In this document: in pieces, positions 1 to 14,365 of the stretch | How positions within the stretch are numbered: position 1 is the first letter of the stretch | Layout of the letters: every line of letters begins with the position of its first letter | Origin: Camelus dromedarius | Taxonomy: Eukaryota | Direction of reading: 5' to 3' | Length of the DNA: 64,000 nucleotides | NCBI RefSeq assembly: GCF_036321535.1 | Contig: NC_087450.1 | Span: 9,176,001-9,240,000 of the forward strand | Notes under the pieces: generated by a model | Told to the model about the DNA's origin: nothing | The model's database searches: none | The model's input: the letters and a program-made list of their open reading frames with translations, nothing else | Translations under genes and position numbers: made by a program

Positions 1-622
1 AAATCTCTCATCAACACAGACAACTGTATGAACAGGGCATGCAGTAAGAACTCCTGATACATACCAATTCACTTTCTGCTTTCTAGCAATTAGGAAGTGG
101 GACATGAATAGAAAGGGTGAGTAATGCCAAATGACACACAGTGTTAGATCAATAGCACTAATGTCATTCTAGAATCCTAAGGGAAGCTTTATGGAGGAAA
201 TATAACTTAAGCTGAACCTCGAAGGATGGGTCTGATATTTAACTATATAAAGTAAGAACAACATAAATAAAAATATGATACTAGGAAATGAGAATATACA
301 GAATGTACTCATGTAAGGAAGCCAGGTCTGGGGGGTTGAGCTGAATATGATGGCCCCTAAACACCAGGTTAATGGACTGAAGTTTTACTCAAAGCAATAA
401 TGGGGTGAAAAATCTGGTGGGAGATGTACAAAATGGAGGCGGGTGGGTGGGGGGTGAGAAAATCAAGAATGACGAGAGGGGACAGCTCTTCCGATGGCAC
501 CAAGCATAAAGCAACTCATCTGAGATTCAGACAGAATTGAGAACAAAGCTCAACAGAAGTGCCAGTTGCCCACCACTGATTACCCTGACGGTCCTACATG
601 TCACTACCCCTAAAGCTCGTAC

Positions 623-2534
<1,912 letters not shown>

Positions 2535-2912
2535 CAGCTCCGCCTTGGCTGCCTCCTCGCCCGCCCTACACAGAGGAGGCGCTCTGGACGCGAGCGGGAG
2601 GACTGCGGGACGCAGGGCACGCCGGTACCTGAAGTCTCCAGAAGTGCACGCCGGGACCCAGGATTCCGGGAGGCCGACTCCGCCCCCGCCCTGCGAATGC
2701 CGGGAATTGTGGTCCCCGCGGGACGCGAGTTCTGAGGTGGCCCAAGGGCCCGCAAGGCATGCTGGGACCGCTAGCCCTTCCGGGGCGCAGCAGGGTTTCG
2801 GCTCCCGGCACCCTGGGCGGATGCCCAGAGACTCCGCCTTCCCAGGAGGCCCTGCGACGGGGAGCGAAGATGGCGGCGGAGGCTGCAGCCCGACAGCCCT
2901 AAAGCAGCAGTT
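2535..2912. promoter_or_regulatory. HTRA2/AUP1 bidirectional CpG-island promoter
   Basis: Divergent ATGs 378 bp apart; CpG-dense; GC box CCCGCCCCC (about 2679); YY1-like AAGATGGCGGCG (2868-2879). Confidence 0.8.
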
Positions 2913-5712
2913 ATGGAGCCTCCCCCGGTGCCGGGGCCGGAGCGGCTCTTTGATTCGCACCGGTAAGAGCCCCGGCGGGAAGAGACCAGTTCCCGCGTCC
3001 GCTTGGCCTTCTGCGCGCGATCACCCCGCCTCTCGCCCGCAGGCTCCCGGGTGACGGCTTCCTACTCTTCGCGCTGCTGCTCTACGCTCCAGTAGGGTTC
3101 TGCCTTCTCGTCCTGCGCCTCTTTCTTGGGATCCACGTCTTCCTGGTCAGCTGCGCGCTACCGGACAGCGTTCTTCGCAGGTTCCGACCCGGGCGCTAGA
3201 GGAGGGTCAGGGCTGGACCCGGCCCGAGGCCGCGCAGTCACCGCTGCCTGCATCCCTAGGTTCGTGGTGCGGACCATGTGTGCAGTGCTGGGACTCGTGG
3301 CCCGGCAGGAGGACTCTGGACTCCGGGATCACCGCGTCAGGGTCCTCATTTCCAACCACGTGACACCTTTCGACCACAACATAGTCAATCTGCTCACCAG
3401 CTGTAGCACCGTGAGTTGGGGACGAAGTCGAGAGCGCCGCGGGGTGGTTCCCGGGGCACAGCTCAAGGCTCCCTTCTCCACGTCCAGGTTTCCTCTGGGG
3501 ACTCAAGATACCGACCCTTACCCCAGACCCCGCCTTTCTACAACATATGTCAATTTTTCTCCCTTCACAACATTCTTTTCTTCTTTCTCTCCTCCCCCAT
3601 CCCAGCCTCTACTCAATAGTCCGCCCAGCTTCGTGTGCTGGTCTCGGGGCTTCATGGAGATGGATGGGCGGGAGGAGTTGGTGGAGTCACTCAAGAGATT
3701 CTGTGCTTCCACGAGGCTTCCCCCTACCCCTCTGCTGCTGTTCCCCGAAGAAGAGGCCACCAATGGCCGGGAGGGGCTCCTGCGCTTCAGGTGGGTGAGC
3801 ACAGGTATCTGTCTCCAAACTGGGTAGGTGGTCAGGCTTGGGGGCCCTTGGGTTTTCACAGCCTTTTTCCACCCTGCTCCTTCCATTCCTAGCTCATGAC
3901 CTTTTTAGTTCTTTTCCTTGAATCCCTATATTCCCCACTTTTCTACGGTCCAGTTTGACAGTGTTCTGTTTAAAGTCAGGTATGAGCTGCTGACTAGGCT
4001 GGCTGAAATCCCATACTCTCTCTTCCCCTTTCTAGTTCCTGGCCATTTTCTATCCAGGATGTGGTACAGCCTCTTACCCTGCGAGTCCAGAGACCCCTAG
4101 TCTCTGTGGTGAGTGTGTGCTGGACAGAGAATCTCTGGGCTTGGAGGGGACATTTCCCAGTCCTGGCCCTGACTTAGACCTCACTCATGCCCTCCCTTCA
4201 GACGGTGTCAGATGCCTCCTGGGTCTCAGAACTGCTGTGGTCACTTTTCGTCCCTTTCACGATGTATCAAGTAAGGTATTAACTGTCCTCACTTTTTGGT
4301 GGCTGGGAGAAACTCACCTCAAGGTCAAGGAAGTAGCTGTCTCTGCCCTGTCCATTTGCAGATCTTTTAATGTCAAGTTCCCACCACAGAGGCAATATGA
4401 AGTATTTAGTATCTCCCCACTGTCACCACAACTGTTCCAAGAAAAGACGTATCAGAGTGGAGAGAGGGTACCCCCAACATGGTCCTGGATTGTTTTTGCA
4501 GGTGGCTCCGTCCTGTTCATCGCCAGCTGGGGGAGGGGAATGAGGAGTTTGCCCTCCGTGTACAACAGGTGACAGGGGACCCATGCAGGATGGAGGCGGG
4601 GGTCTTCCCTCAGGGGGAAGGAGACGAAGGCTTGAGAACCTTCCAATCTTCCAATTCTCCCTAGTTGGTGGCCAAAGAATTGGGCCAGACAGGGACACGA
4701 CTCACTCCAGCAGACAAAGCAGAGCACATGAAGCGACAGAGACACCCCAGGTTGCGTCCCCAGTCAGGTGTGTAGTCCCTGTACACAAAGCTTCAGAGCC
4801 ATTTTTTCAGCCTGTCGTGGTTTCCTCCCTGTTCCTGTACTAGACAGCCTCTTCTTCCACCTAGTTCTCCACTCACCATATTTCGGATTTCTTTTTTGCA
4901 GCCCAGTCTTCTTTCCCTCCCTCCCCCGGCCCTTCTCCTGATGTGCAGCTGGCAGCTCTGGCTCAGAGAGTCAAGGAGGTTTTACCCCACGTGCCACTGG
5001 GCGTCATCCAGAGAGACCTGGGTATGGGGAAGGGTGGCCTCACGCAAGGAGACAGGCACAGGGAAGAAAAGTGGGTGGTGAAGGGAGAAGGTGAACAAAG
5101 AAACAGACTCTCCTCTCCTCTCCTCTCCTCTCTTCCCTTCTCCCCAGCCAGGACTGGCTGTGTAGACTTGACCATCACTAATTTGCTTGAGGGGGCCGTA
5201 GCTTTCATGCCTGAAGACGTCACTGAGGAGACCCAGTCCCTTCCCACAGCCTCCACCCCCAAGGTGAGACCCCAGAAATGGTCAGGTCCAAGACTTGGGG
5301 TGGGATGGGGCAGTCTGCACGTTCTCTGTCCCTGACATCTCTTTTTTTGATCCTGAGACCCTAGCATAGTGCCTCTCTTGCAAAGTAGGCATTCGATGGG
5401 TGTTTAATGATGACTTCGCAAGCCCTCTGACATTGTGATCACCTCAGTTCCCCAGCTCTGGCCCAGCGACCCCTCAGCCCACAGCCCTAACATTTGCCAA
5501 GTCCTCCTGGGCCCGGCAGGAGAGTCTACAAGAGCGCAAGCAGGCGCTGTATGAGTACGCGAGAAGGTGAGGGGTTTGGAGAATGATGGGTAGAAAGGGA
5601 CAGGTTGGAGAAGGGAGCTCTTCGTGGAGATAATACAGCAAAGCCCGTTCAATGTCTTCTCCTTATGTCCTACAGGAGATTCACAGAGAGGCAGGCCCAG
5701 GAGGCTGACTGA
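2913..5712 (+). CDS. AUP1: AUP1 lipid droplet regulating VLDL assembly factor, 410 aa
   Basis: 12 exons: 2913-2962, 3043-3180, 3260-3410, 3606-3790, 4036-4108, 4202-4275, 4502-4568, 4665-4767, 4902-5021, 5148-5263, 5448-5566, 5676-5712 = 1233 nt. Hydrophobic hairpin, acyltransferase-like region ([20 protein letters not shown]), CUE domain ([17 protein letters not shown]), G2BR ([20 protein letters not shown]). Confidence 0.98.
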
Positions 5713-5829
5713 GTACAGGATGGCACCCAGAGCCGCAGGACGGAGACTGGGGGCAGCCCTCACCCAACTCACAACAGGCCGGATGGGTGGGTGGTAAAAA
5801 GGGAGGCATGGGGCTCCCCCCAATATCAC

Positions 5830-5835
5830 ATTAAA
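5830..5835 (+). terminator. Probable AUP1 polyadenylation signal ATTAAA
   Basis: ATTAAA about 118 nt after the AUP1 stop, followed by U-rich sequence. Confidence 0.6.
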
Positions 5836-6724
5836 TTCAGGGTTTTCACTCAAGGTCTCTGCTGCCTCTCTGGGTCTCAAAAGCCCCCTAGCAGTTTCCT
5901 TTTCCCCTGGTTGTGGGGCTCAGGGATCAGGGCCTCCTTGTGGATTTGTGGGATTGGTCAGAATGGAACTGTCTGCAGTCACCTCCTCATGCCAAGAGAT
6001 GAGCAATATGGAAGGTGTAACTGAACTGAAGACCCAGCAGCAACTGGATCCTAGCTAGGGTGTTCAGCCAAGGTATGTGAAGAAACAGCTGCAAAACTAC
6101 AAGTCCCAGGATGCCTTTCGGTAATGAGTACAGTCCACAGAGTTCACACGTGTTGGGTGTGGTGGCTGGAGCCTATAACCCGGAGCAAATGGCCCCACCC
6201 CCAAACCAGTCTATAGAGTTTGTGTTTGAGCCAAGCCCCAGGGTGGAACCGGAATTTACCTTTGTACTTGACACTGGTCAGGGTTAGTGGCGACTGGCTC
6301 AGTGGGTCTGGAACTGGCTGCCATCCTGACAACATCTCAGAGCTGCAAGCAGGTTTGAATCCAGGATTCTTGTGGCCCTGCCCCTGGATTCCTGCCCCCG
6401 CTCCTCCTCTTAATCTTTATTCTTTTCCCCTGGAAACCTTCCCACAGGTTACCAGGTCTCATACAAATTCTGCTGCCCCTGAGGGCCCCTGTGTCAGTCA
6501 CAGGATTTTTACTACCTGACTACAGGGTAATAGTCCGCTTTTGATAGTCCCTTACTTGGAGACTCAACTACTGTTTCCCGGCAGACAAGAAATACTGGGA
6601 AGAAGGGACCCCAGGGCATTATCACCTGAGGGTACAGGTTAGGGATTGGGAAGATGGTGTCAGTCACCAAATATGAAGCCTTGATGGCGGCCCTGCCTTC
6701 TATAGGTCCTGCTGGATAGCCACC

Positions 6725-9700
6725 ATGGCCTCTCAGCTTCTCGGGCTGGAAGAAGAGTCTGGCCCAAACCCTGGGGAGTCTGAACTGGCTGTGAACCCCT
6801 TTGACGGGCTCCCCTTCTCTTCCCGCTACTACGAGCTGCTTGAGCAGCGCAGAGCTTTGCCTATCTGGGCTGCTCGCTTTATCTTCTTGGAGCAGTTGGA
6901 GAGTAGCCCCAGTGGAGTGGTGCTGGTGTCTGGAGAGCCTGGCTCTGGCAAGAGCACCCAGGTGGGGAGAGATTCTGGGAGTGAACAAAGGGAGGGGCTG
7001 GGGAACTGGCTCTTCCCTGGACGAGTTGGGGGGGGGGAGGGGTGCTCCGTGAAGTAATAGGAAATGTGGGCAAAGGGAGATTGGTTAGGCTGGCCCCAGG
7101 GTAGCTGGTGAAGGACCAGGAGACTCCCCAAATAGAGATTAAATTGGCTGCAGCTTCCCCTATGTCTCACTGACTGGTTTTCCTTCCTTACCCCTACCCC
7201 AGATCCCACAGTGGTGTGCAGAGTTTGCACTGGCCAGGGGGTTCCGGAAGGGCTGGGTAACTGTGACTCAGCCCTACCCTCTGGCAGCCCTGAGCTTGGC
7301 CCTGAGAGTTGCTGATGAGATGGACTTGACCCTGGGTCATGAGGTTGGATACAGCATCCCCCAGGAGGACTGCTCTGGGCCTGACACCCTGCTCAGGTGT
7401 GGTCTCCTGCAGGCCTGACCCAAATCTAACTCCCCTCACTGGGTAGAAATAAGCCCAGTCTTCTGACATCTCACCATACCCTCCCTCAGCCCAGCTCACT
7501 CTTTAAATTAGGAATACTGAAACTGCCGAATTAAGCCCTTTAACCCCAGCTGGGGACATTCAGACATTCAGCCTCCCCACCCCCATCACAAAAAGTCTCA
7601 CTCTCCTAACTGCAGTACAGCTTGTGGACAGTGTCATCAGTGGGGTTGTGGGTCCATGGGCTCAGAAGTCAGTCACAGGGTCTTTTACTGAACTTCACTA
7701 TTAAAATCTAAGCCCTGGGGAGAATTCTGGACTTCTGGGGCTGGGCAGTGTCCACACGGACTCCTCTGCCCACTGCCAATGTCAACAGGTTCTGCTGGGA
7801 CAGGCTGCTCCTGCAGGAGTTGGCCTCCACCCGGGGCACTGGAGTCTGGGGCGTGCTGGTGCTGGATGAGGCTCAGGAGCGGTCAGTGGCCTCAGATCTG
7901 CTCCAGGGGCTTCTGCGAGATGCCAGGCTTGGAAACCTTCCAGGGGACCCCAGACTGGTTGTAGTTACTGACCCAGCCCTTGAACCTAAGCTCCAAGCTT
8001 TCTGGGGCAACCCTCCCATTGTGCACGTGCCCAGAGAGCCTGGCAGGTGTCCCACTCCCGTCTACAGGGACACTGTCCCTACTGACCGAGTGGAAGCTGC
8101 CTGCCAAGCTGTGCTTGAATTGTGTCGGAAGGAGGCTCCGGGAGATGTGCTAGTGTACCTGCCCAGTGAGGAGGTAAAAAATGGGATGCAAAAGGAGGTA
8201 TTCCGGGGGGAATTGGAGCGATGCTTGGTAGGGACATTGGAGTTGTGGTATTTACTCTCCTTAGGGGTCCTGAGGAAAAACTCCAGGTTTTCATGGTAAA
8301 GAGGTCTACCAATCTGTTTTTGATTCCATACAATACAGAGGTTTGTGGTTCAACGAACTCCTGAAATTATAGCACCCCGACTTTATGAGTATGTGCATTT
8401 TTTCAGAGTGAAGGGCCATAGCTTTCGTCAGGTTTTCAAAGGGGTCTGTGACCCCAAAAGGTGAGAACTGCTAATGCCCCACCCGTCTCCCCAGGAAATT
8501 TCCCTGTGCTGTGAGTCATTGTCCAGGGAGGTGGGGCCCTTGGTTCCCCAAGGGCCCCCACTACGGGTGCTGCCCCTTCACCCAGGCCGTGGACAAGCTG
8601 TGCAGGCGGTGTACCAGGACACAGACTTGGGTGCCCGGAAGGTGGTAGTCACTCACTGGCTGGCTGACTTCTCCTTCTCCCTCCCTTCCATCCGACATGT
8701 CATTGACTCAGGACTGGAGCTTCGAAGTGTGAGTGAAAGAGAAATGAAGGGATATGGGGGCTAAAGACAGAAATAGCCCACTCTCGGTGGGGAGGGTATA
8801 GCTCAAATGGTAGAGTGCATTCTTAGCATGCAGAAGGTCTTAGGTTTGATCCCCAGCAAATCGATCCATTTTAAAAAATAATAAATAAATCTAATCACCC
8901 CACCACTACCCCTCCAAAAAAAGAAATAGCCCACTCTCATCTGTCTTGGCCTTGGTTGTGGGGCGGTGGCAGGTTTACAATCCTCAGATCCGAGCAGAAT
9001 CTCAAGTGTTGAGACCAATCAGCAAGTGTCAGGCAGAGGCAAGACGACTGCGGGCAGGAGGGGTCCCACCAGGTAAGAGCCTTTGCCCTCAGTGAGATCC
9101 AACATGACAAGAGTCTCCAGCACGTGAGCCCTGAGGAATCTACAGTGGTCTTCTTCCCCAGGTCTTTCTCCCCTCAGGATCCTGTCTCTGCCTGTATCCT
9201 AAGTCCTTCCTAGAACTAGAGGCTCCCCCACTGCCCCAACCCAGGGTGTGTGAGGAGAATCTGAGCCCCCTGGTCTTACTACTCAAGAGGAGACAGATTG
9301 CAGAGCCAGGGGAGTGTCACTTCCTGGACCGGCCTGGTGAGCAGTCCTCCTGCCCAAGTCCTACTGTCCGACCACCAGGCTCTGAGAACCCCTTCCCTGT
9401 AAGCCTTGTGCCATCCCCAGCTCCAGAGGCGCTGATGCAGGCCTTGGAAGACTTAGACTATCTGGCAGCACTGGATGATGATGGGGACCTGTCAGACCTG
9501 GGAGTCATCCTGTCAGAGTTCCCTCTGGCCCCTGAGCTTGCCAAAGCCCTGCTGGCCTCGTGTGAATTCGACTGTGTGGACGAGATGCTCACCCTGGCTG
9601 CCATGCTCACTGGTAAAATCACTTCTCTCTCTGACTCTTATGGCCACTTCAGCCCTTCCGTTTGGTGTTCTTGTGCCCCTGAAGCTCGCCCATTCCCCCA

Positions 9701-12286
9701 TGCTCCAGTTCCGAGCTGTACCCTGTGTAAAGAACGAGGCTTTATCATTTAGCCCTCTCCTGTCTCTCTGTTGGGTCTTGTCCCTTAACATGCTTAAATA
9801 TCTTCTACTTGTTATTACTAAAACTTTACAGCCCTCTTCCTCAACCCTGTACTCAGCTGTACAGAATACTCTCTATCCTGTTCAATCCAGGGTATTCCTG
9901 GCCCACTGCATTCCAGCGTCAGGCCCACCACAACCCTGATGCAGCCTTCTGCTCGCCAGTGACCTCCTAGAGACCTAATCCAGTGAATGCTTGTGAGCCC
10001 TTATTCGTGACTTTCTTTTGACACTTGAGAATGCCCACCGCTCTCATCTTGAAACTGCCCCCTCGCTTAGCTTCTGTGACCTGCCCCTCGTGGTTTACAT
10101 CCTACCTCTCTGGCCGATCCCTCATATCTTGCTTGAGCTGCTCTTCCTCTGCTTTGTCCTCTGCTCGTTCACTGTAAGTTGGACTTCAGGATTCTATCCT
10201 TGCCCCTTTCATCTTCTCACTCCCCGAACTCTAAGCAAGTTCGTTCACACCCACGGTCTGAACTGGCACACCACCATCCTCCTGAATCTTAGACTTACCC
10301 ACCTGACTCCTGAGGGATGTTTCCTCGGAATGGTCCACAGGGCTTCAATGCTCCCCATCACGGCTCAGGTGGATTCCCTTTGTGGCCTAACTAGTCATGT
10401 GAACTTTTTCCAAACACGTGGACTCTCTTACTTAAAAAACTCTTCTTTACCAGCTATTCTTTACCTTTCAAGCAGAATGTAAACTCATTTGTACATCACA
10501 TCCGGTCTCTCTTAACCTGGCCCATACCTACCTCTCCGGCTTTACCTCCTGCCACCCTACCACACCCACTGTTCCCCCCACTCATAATCCTAGGTGCTTG
10601 CAGTTCTCAAAATATGCCATCCCCATAGTCTAAAATACTCCTCCCGCCCCTTTTCCACTGCACTGATTTCTACTCAAAGTTCAAATATTGGCCCACACAC
10701 CTACTGAGTTTATCAAGTTTGCTTATTTGGTGGTCTCTCCCACCAGACTCTGTGCTTCTTGAGAGCAGAGACTTTTACACTGATTCATCTTCAATGCCTA
10801 ATAAAGGGCATAGTGTCTAGAAGTCGTTTGAATAAAGTTCCCAAAGTGACAGTCCTATCTTTTCAGTATACCGCTATCCTTTCTCATTCTCCAAAACAAA
10901 CTTCCTCTCTTCTGCCTCCAGCTGCCCCTGGGTTTACTCGTCCTCCCGTCTGCGCAGAAGAAGCTGCCCTGCGTCGGGCCTTAGAACACGTGGATGGTGA
11001 TCACAGCTCTCTGATCCAGGTGTATGAAGCCTTTATACAGAGTGAGTGGCCCACTCAGCATCCTCTTACAGAATCCCAGATTTGCCAGAGGGATGCGGTG
11101 TGCAACCAGCTGACAGATCTCTGTTCTGAAGAAGAGAAGTCCCTTCAGCCAAGGGTTGGGTTCTCTTGGGGGATTCAAGGACTTTAGGTGCAGATGGTCC
11201 CTTTCCTCTCCTAGGTGGAGCAGACAAGGCTTGGTGCCAGGCTCGGGGTCTAAATTGGGCAGCATTGTGCCAAGCCCGTAAACTTCGGGGAGAACTCCTA
11301 GAACTCATGCAACGGATTGAACTTCCCTTATCCCAGCCAGCCTTTGGCTCTGAGCAGAATCGCAGAGACCTCCAGAAAGCACTGGTGTCGGGATGCTTCC
11401 TTAAGGTTAGGGGAAGGAGTTGGGGTGAGGGTCATACAAGGAGCAGAAGGTAGAGGGAGCAAAGATTGGTATGTGTCACGTCTGAAATTGGGGTCCAGGT
11501 GACCATTCAAAGGATTCTTTAGAACCAGGAGAAACTTCTCCTTTGAGGAATGCGTGGCTGTGGAAATGCCATACTGTATGGTCGTAAGGTAGGGCTATGA
11601 CAGTCTGCTAATTCTCATCACCCTTGCTAATTCTTTCTCAACCCCCTTTTCTTTCTTCTACTGACCCTTCACTCTCACTTATTCCTTCAATATCTTTGCC
11701 TTTCTATGAGGTGGCCCGAGACACAGATGGGACTGGAAATTACCTGCTCCTGACCCATAAGCATGTGGCCCAGCTCTCCCCAAACTGCTGCTACAGAAGC
11801 CGCAGGGCTCCTGCCAGACCGCCACCATGGGTGCTTTACCATAATTTCTCCATTTCCAAAGACAACTGCCTCTCCATTGTTTCTGAGATTCAACCACAAA
11901 TGTGAGTTCCCTGACACCACACCCCAAACAACACTGCCCATTCCTCTTCCTGGGGTCAAAATTACAGCTGGGGAGTTAGAGAGCCTTACAAAGAGAAAGG
12001 GATCTTACTGTTTGTAGTAACATATGATTTGAGGAGACAGGGTTTGTAGAAGGGGCAGTGAGAAATTTAACAACCTGCATTATAAGAGAAGATACAGAAA
12101 AATCATCTAATGATGACTCTCTCTGTCAGGCTGGTGGAATTGGCCCCTCCATACTTCCTGAGTAACTTGCCCCCTAGTGAGAGCAGAGACCTCCTGAACC
12201 AGCTGAGGGAAGAAATGGCAGATTCTTCAACAGGGCATGAATCTTCCTCCACCCAAGAACTTGGAGATGCCTGTGTCCTGCAGTGA
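6725..12286 (+). CDS. DQX1: DEAQ-box RNA-dependent ATPase 1, 719 aa
   Basis: Coding exons 6725-6961, 7203-7396, 7789-8173, 8495-8728, 8973-9072, 9178-9336, 9421-9612, 10922-11041, 11215-11405, 11711-11901, 12130-12286 = 2160 nt. Walker [10 protein letters not shown], motif II LDEAQER, HA2-like region ([15 protein letters not shown]...), C-terminus ...ACVLQ*. Acceptor at 6705/6706 upstream of the ATG implies a non-coding first exon. Confidence 0.96.
8300..8472 (-). mobile_element. hAT/MER-class DNA transposon remnant in DQX1 intron 4
   Basis: CATAGCTTTCGTCAGGTTTTCAAAGGGGTCTGTGACCCCAAAAGGTGAGAAC resembles the end of old mammalian hAT-Charlie MITEs; subfamily not determined. Confidence 0.55.
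8786..8921 (+). mobile_element. tRNA-derived SINE (camelid Vic-1-like) with 17-bp TSD
   Basis: GGGGAGGGTATAGCTCAAATGGTAGAGTGC head with A box, B-box-like GGTTTGATCCCC, A-rich tail; exact TSD AGAAATAGCCCACTCTC at 8769-8785 and 8922-8938. Confidence 0.9.
10560..10835 (+). mobile_element. L2 LINE 3' end remnant
   Basis: Degenerate L2 terminus pattern (CCCACCAGACTCTGTGCTTCTTGAGAGCAGAGAC...GGGCATAGTGTCTAGAAGTCGTTTGAATAAAG); boundaries approximate. Confidence 0.6.
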
Positions 12287-14233
12287 CCTGTCTACGGAGT
12301 GAAGCTGAGTTCATCTCATCACACTAGATCCTCCCTTAGGCTAGTACCTAGGCAGCCAGTCAGATTTAAAAGCCCAGAGTTAAGGGTCAGATGTAAATAC
12401 TGGAACCTGAGTCCCAAGAAATGGTAGGCCAGGAGTAGAGAGAATTGGGTAAGCCACAGTCTGTACAGGGTCCTTAGCCTTCTTCTATTTATTTGAGAGG
12501 AACTGATATGCCTCCATATCCCCAACTTATGCCAAACCCATCCTATGCTCCCTTTTGGTCTATAAAAGTTCTTTTTCTATGGTGCCCAACTTGAGTTTGG
12601 TTTTGCAGCAGCATTTATAATATCTATGAGTTAGAGATGACACAGTACAAAAGACTTAGGGTCAACTGCAACAGTGATGTCCTCTTGCCTGGTTCCCATC
12701 TCTGGTCAAGCCTTTGTGCTATGACTGACCTAGCTGTCATTAACATGGAACATGAGTAGTTTGACTACAGTTGGCCTCTGACCCTGCCTAAAGCTCACTC
12801 CCCTCTATCATACTGCTCTTGCCTCCAGGGGAAGCAGACAAAATCTTCCCTCTTGTCTTCATACAACTTCAGTCCTTCTCCTTCCTAAACCTCAGGGCTA
12901 TGGCAACTATACCCAACCTCTCAACTTTCCAACAACAGGCTTCCTGGCAGCGCCTGGCCCACCGACCAGCTCAAGTTTTTCTAACAACTCCAGGGACATC
13001 ATGCTTTTCTCTTTCCAGCTGGGTTATTCCTTTCCCTTTTCTTCCCTTGGACTAGTAACTTTGATATCCTCAATCATCTTGCATGTTGTAAATGTGTTTA
13101 TAGAAATTGGTGGAAAGAAACATTTAATCCTTAGAACTCTGCTTTTTTTTCTCAGAATTTCCTCCCTTAGACATTCTGTCTGTTCTCATCATTCCATCTA
13201 ACTATGCCTCTATGTGGATGTCGGCATTTTTCCAGAATTTACTCTCTAGGTCTAACATTTAGTTTTGCCTGCAGAGTTCATCTTGATCCTATCTTCCCAA
13301 TTTCCCCTTCATCATACACAACATCTTTGATTTCTTGATCCTTTACATTTCCAACCTTGTAATTATCTTTGATTATTTTTAGGCCTGTCACTTCCTAATT
13401 ACTTGCCGAATTCGGCTCACCCTAACACCACTGGGCCCATTAACTTTGTCCATTGCTTTCCGCCCCGCCTTCCCTCTGTCTCCGAGGGACACCAGAGCCA
13501 GATTAGTGTTCCTAGATTTTCTCTTCATTGGGTGTGTAAGTATCCGTCTTGCCTGCCACCCAGGCGCACTGTTAGGCCCAAGTGGGACGACATAGTCAGC
13601 AGGTTAAACACACATGGACAACATGAGGCTCAAAGTCCAGAAGTAATCCTTAGCGATTATTTAACAGTTGATGGATGAGATGCCCAGCGTGGATAACCCT
13701 CTGGTTTCTGTCAGTCAGTCATACTGTCGGTCTCCAGCACCTCCTCCATTACTCTGCTGTCATTGGCGTCTTCCTTCCTTCACGATCTGGTGCAGACCCA
13801 GCCCGTGAGGGCTGCAGCCGCCCCATCCCAGCGGTGCGTGTAACCTGCTCCAGCCCTCCGAACTCCAGCTCCGACCCACCCACAGAAGGAGCCGGAGTCC
13901 CTCTAGAGAGCAGCCATTGGCCAGCCTACCCCACCTCCCCGCACCTCATTGGCTGCCGTACTGCAGGTCCCGCCCCCTCAGCGGGTTCCAGCAGCCGGGC
14001 CAACAGTCGAAGTGAAAAATGGCGGGAAAGGCCGCGTTTCTGCGCTCCAGGTAACGGCTCAATGCTGGCCTGGGAGCCCGCGGTGGCCGAGGAGCCCTCG
14101 ACGATAGCCTCAAGGCCAGCTCCTCCTCACACGCTCCACTGCTGCGGGACCGCCACGTGGGCGGCCGTGCGCTCCAAGGCCCTGGGCCCGGCGCTCCACG
14201 CCGCGCCTCGGTCCGGAAAAGAGCGCTCGGCCG

Positions 14234-14365
14234 NNNNNNNNNNNNNNNNNNNNNNNNNNNNNNNNNNNNNNNNNNNNNNNNNNNNNNNNNNNNNNNNNNN
14301 NNNNNNNNNNNNNNNNNNNNNNNNNNNNNNNNNNNNNNNNNNNNNNNNNNNNNNNNNNNNNNNNN
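14234..14365. other. Assembly gap (132 N) covering the TLX2 C-terminus
   Basis: Run of N in GC-rich exon 3. Confidence 1.

Noticed and set aside
1-622. HTRA2 exons 7-8 (PDZ domain)
   Set aside because: No matching coding sequence found here; treated as intron 6, with the remaining exons outside the window rather than lost.
5405-5432. Box C (ATGATGA) and box D (CTGA) motifs in AUP1 intron 10 suggesting a snoRNA
   Set aside because: The boxes are only about 13 nt apart, far too close for a C/D snoRNA, with no terminal stem; the region is the branch-point zone.
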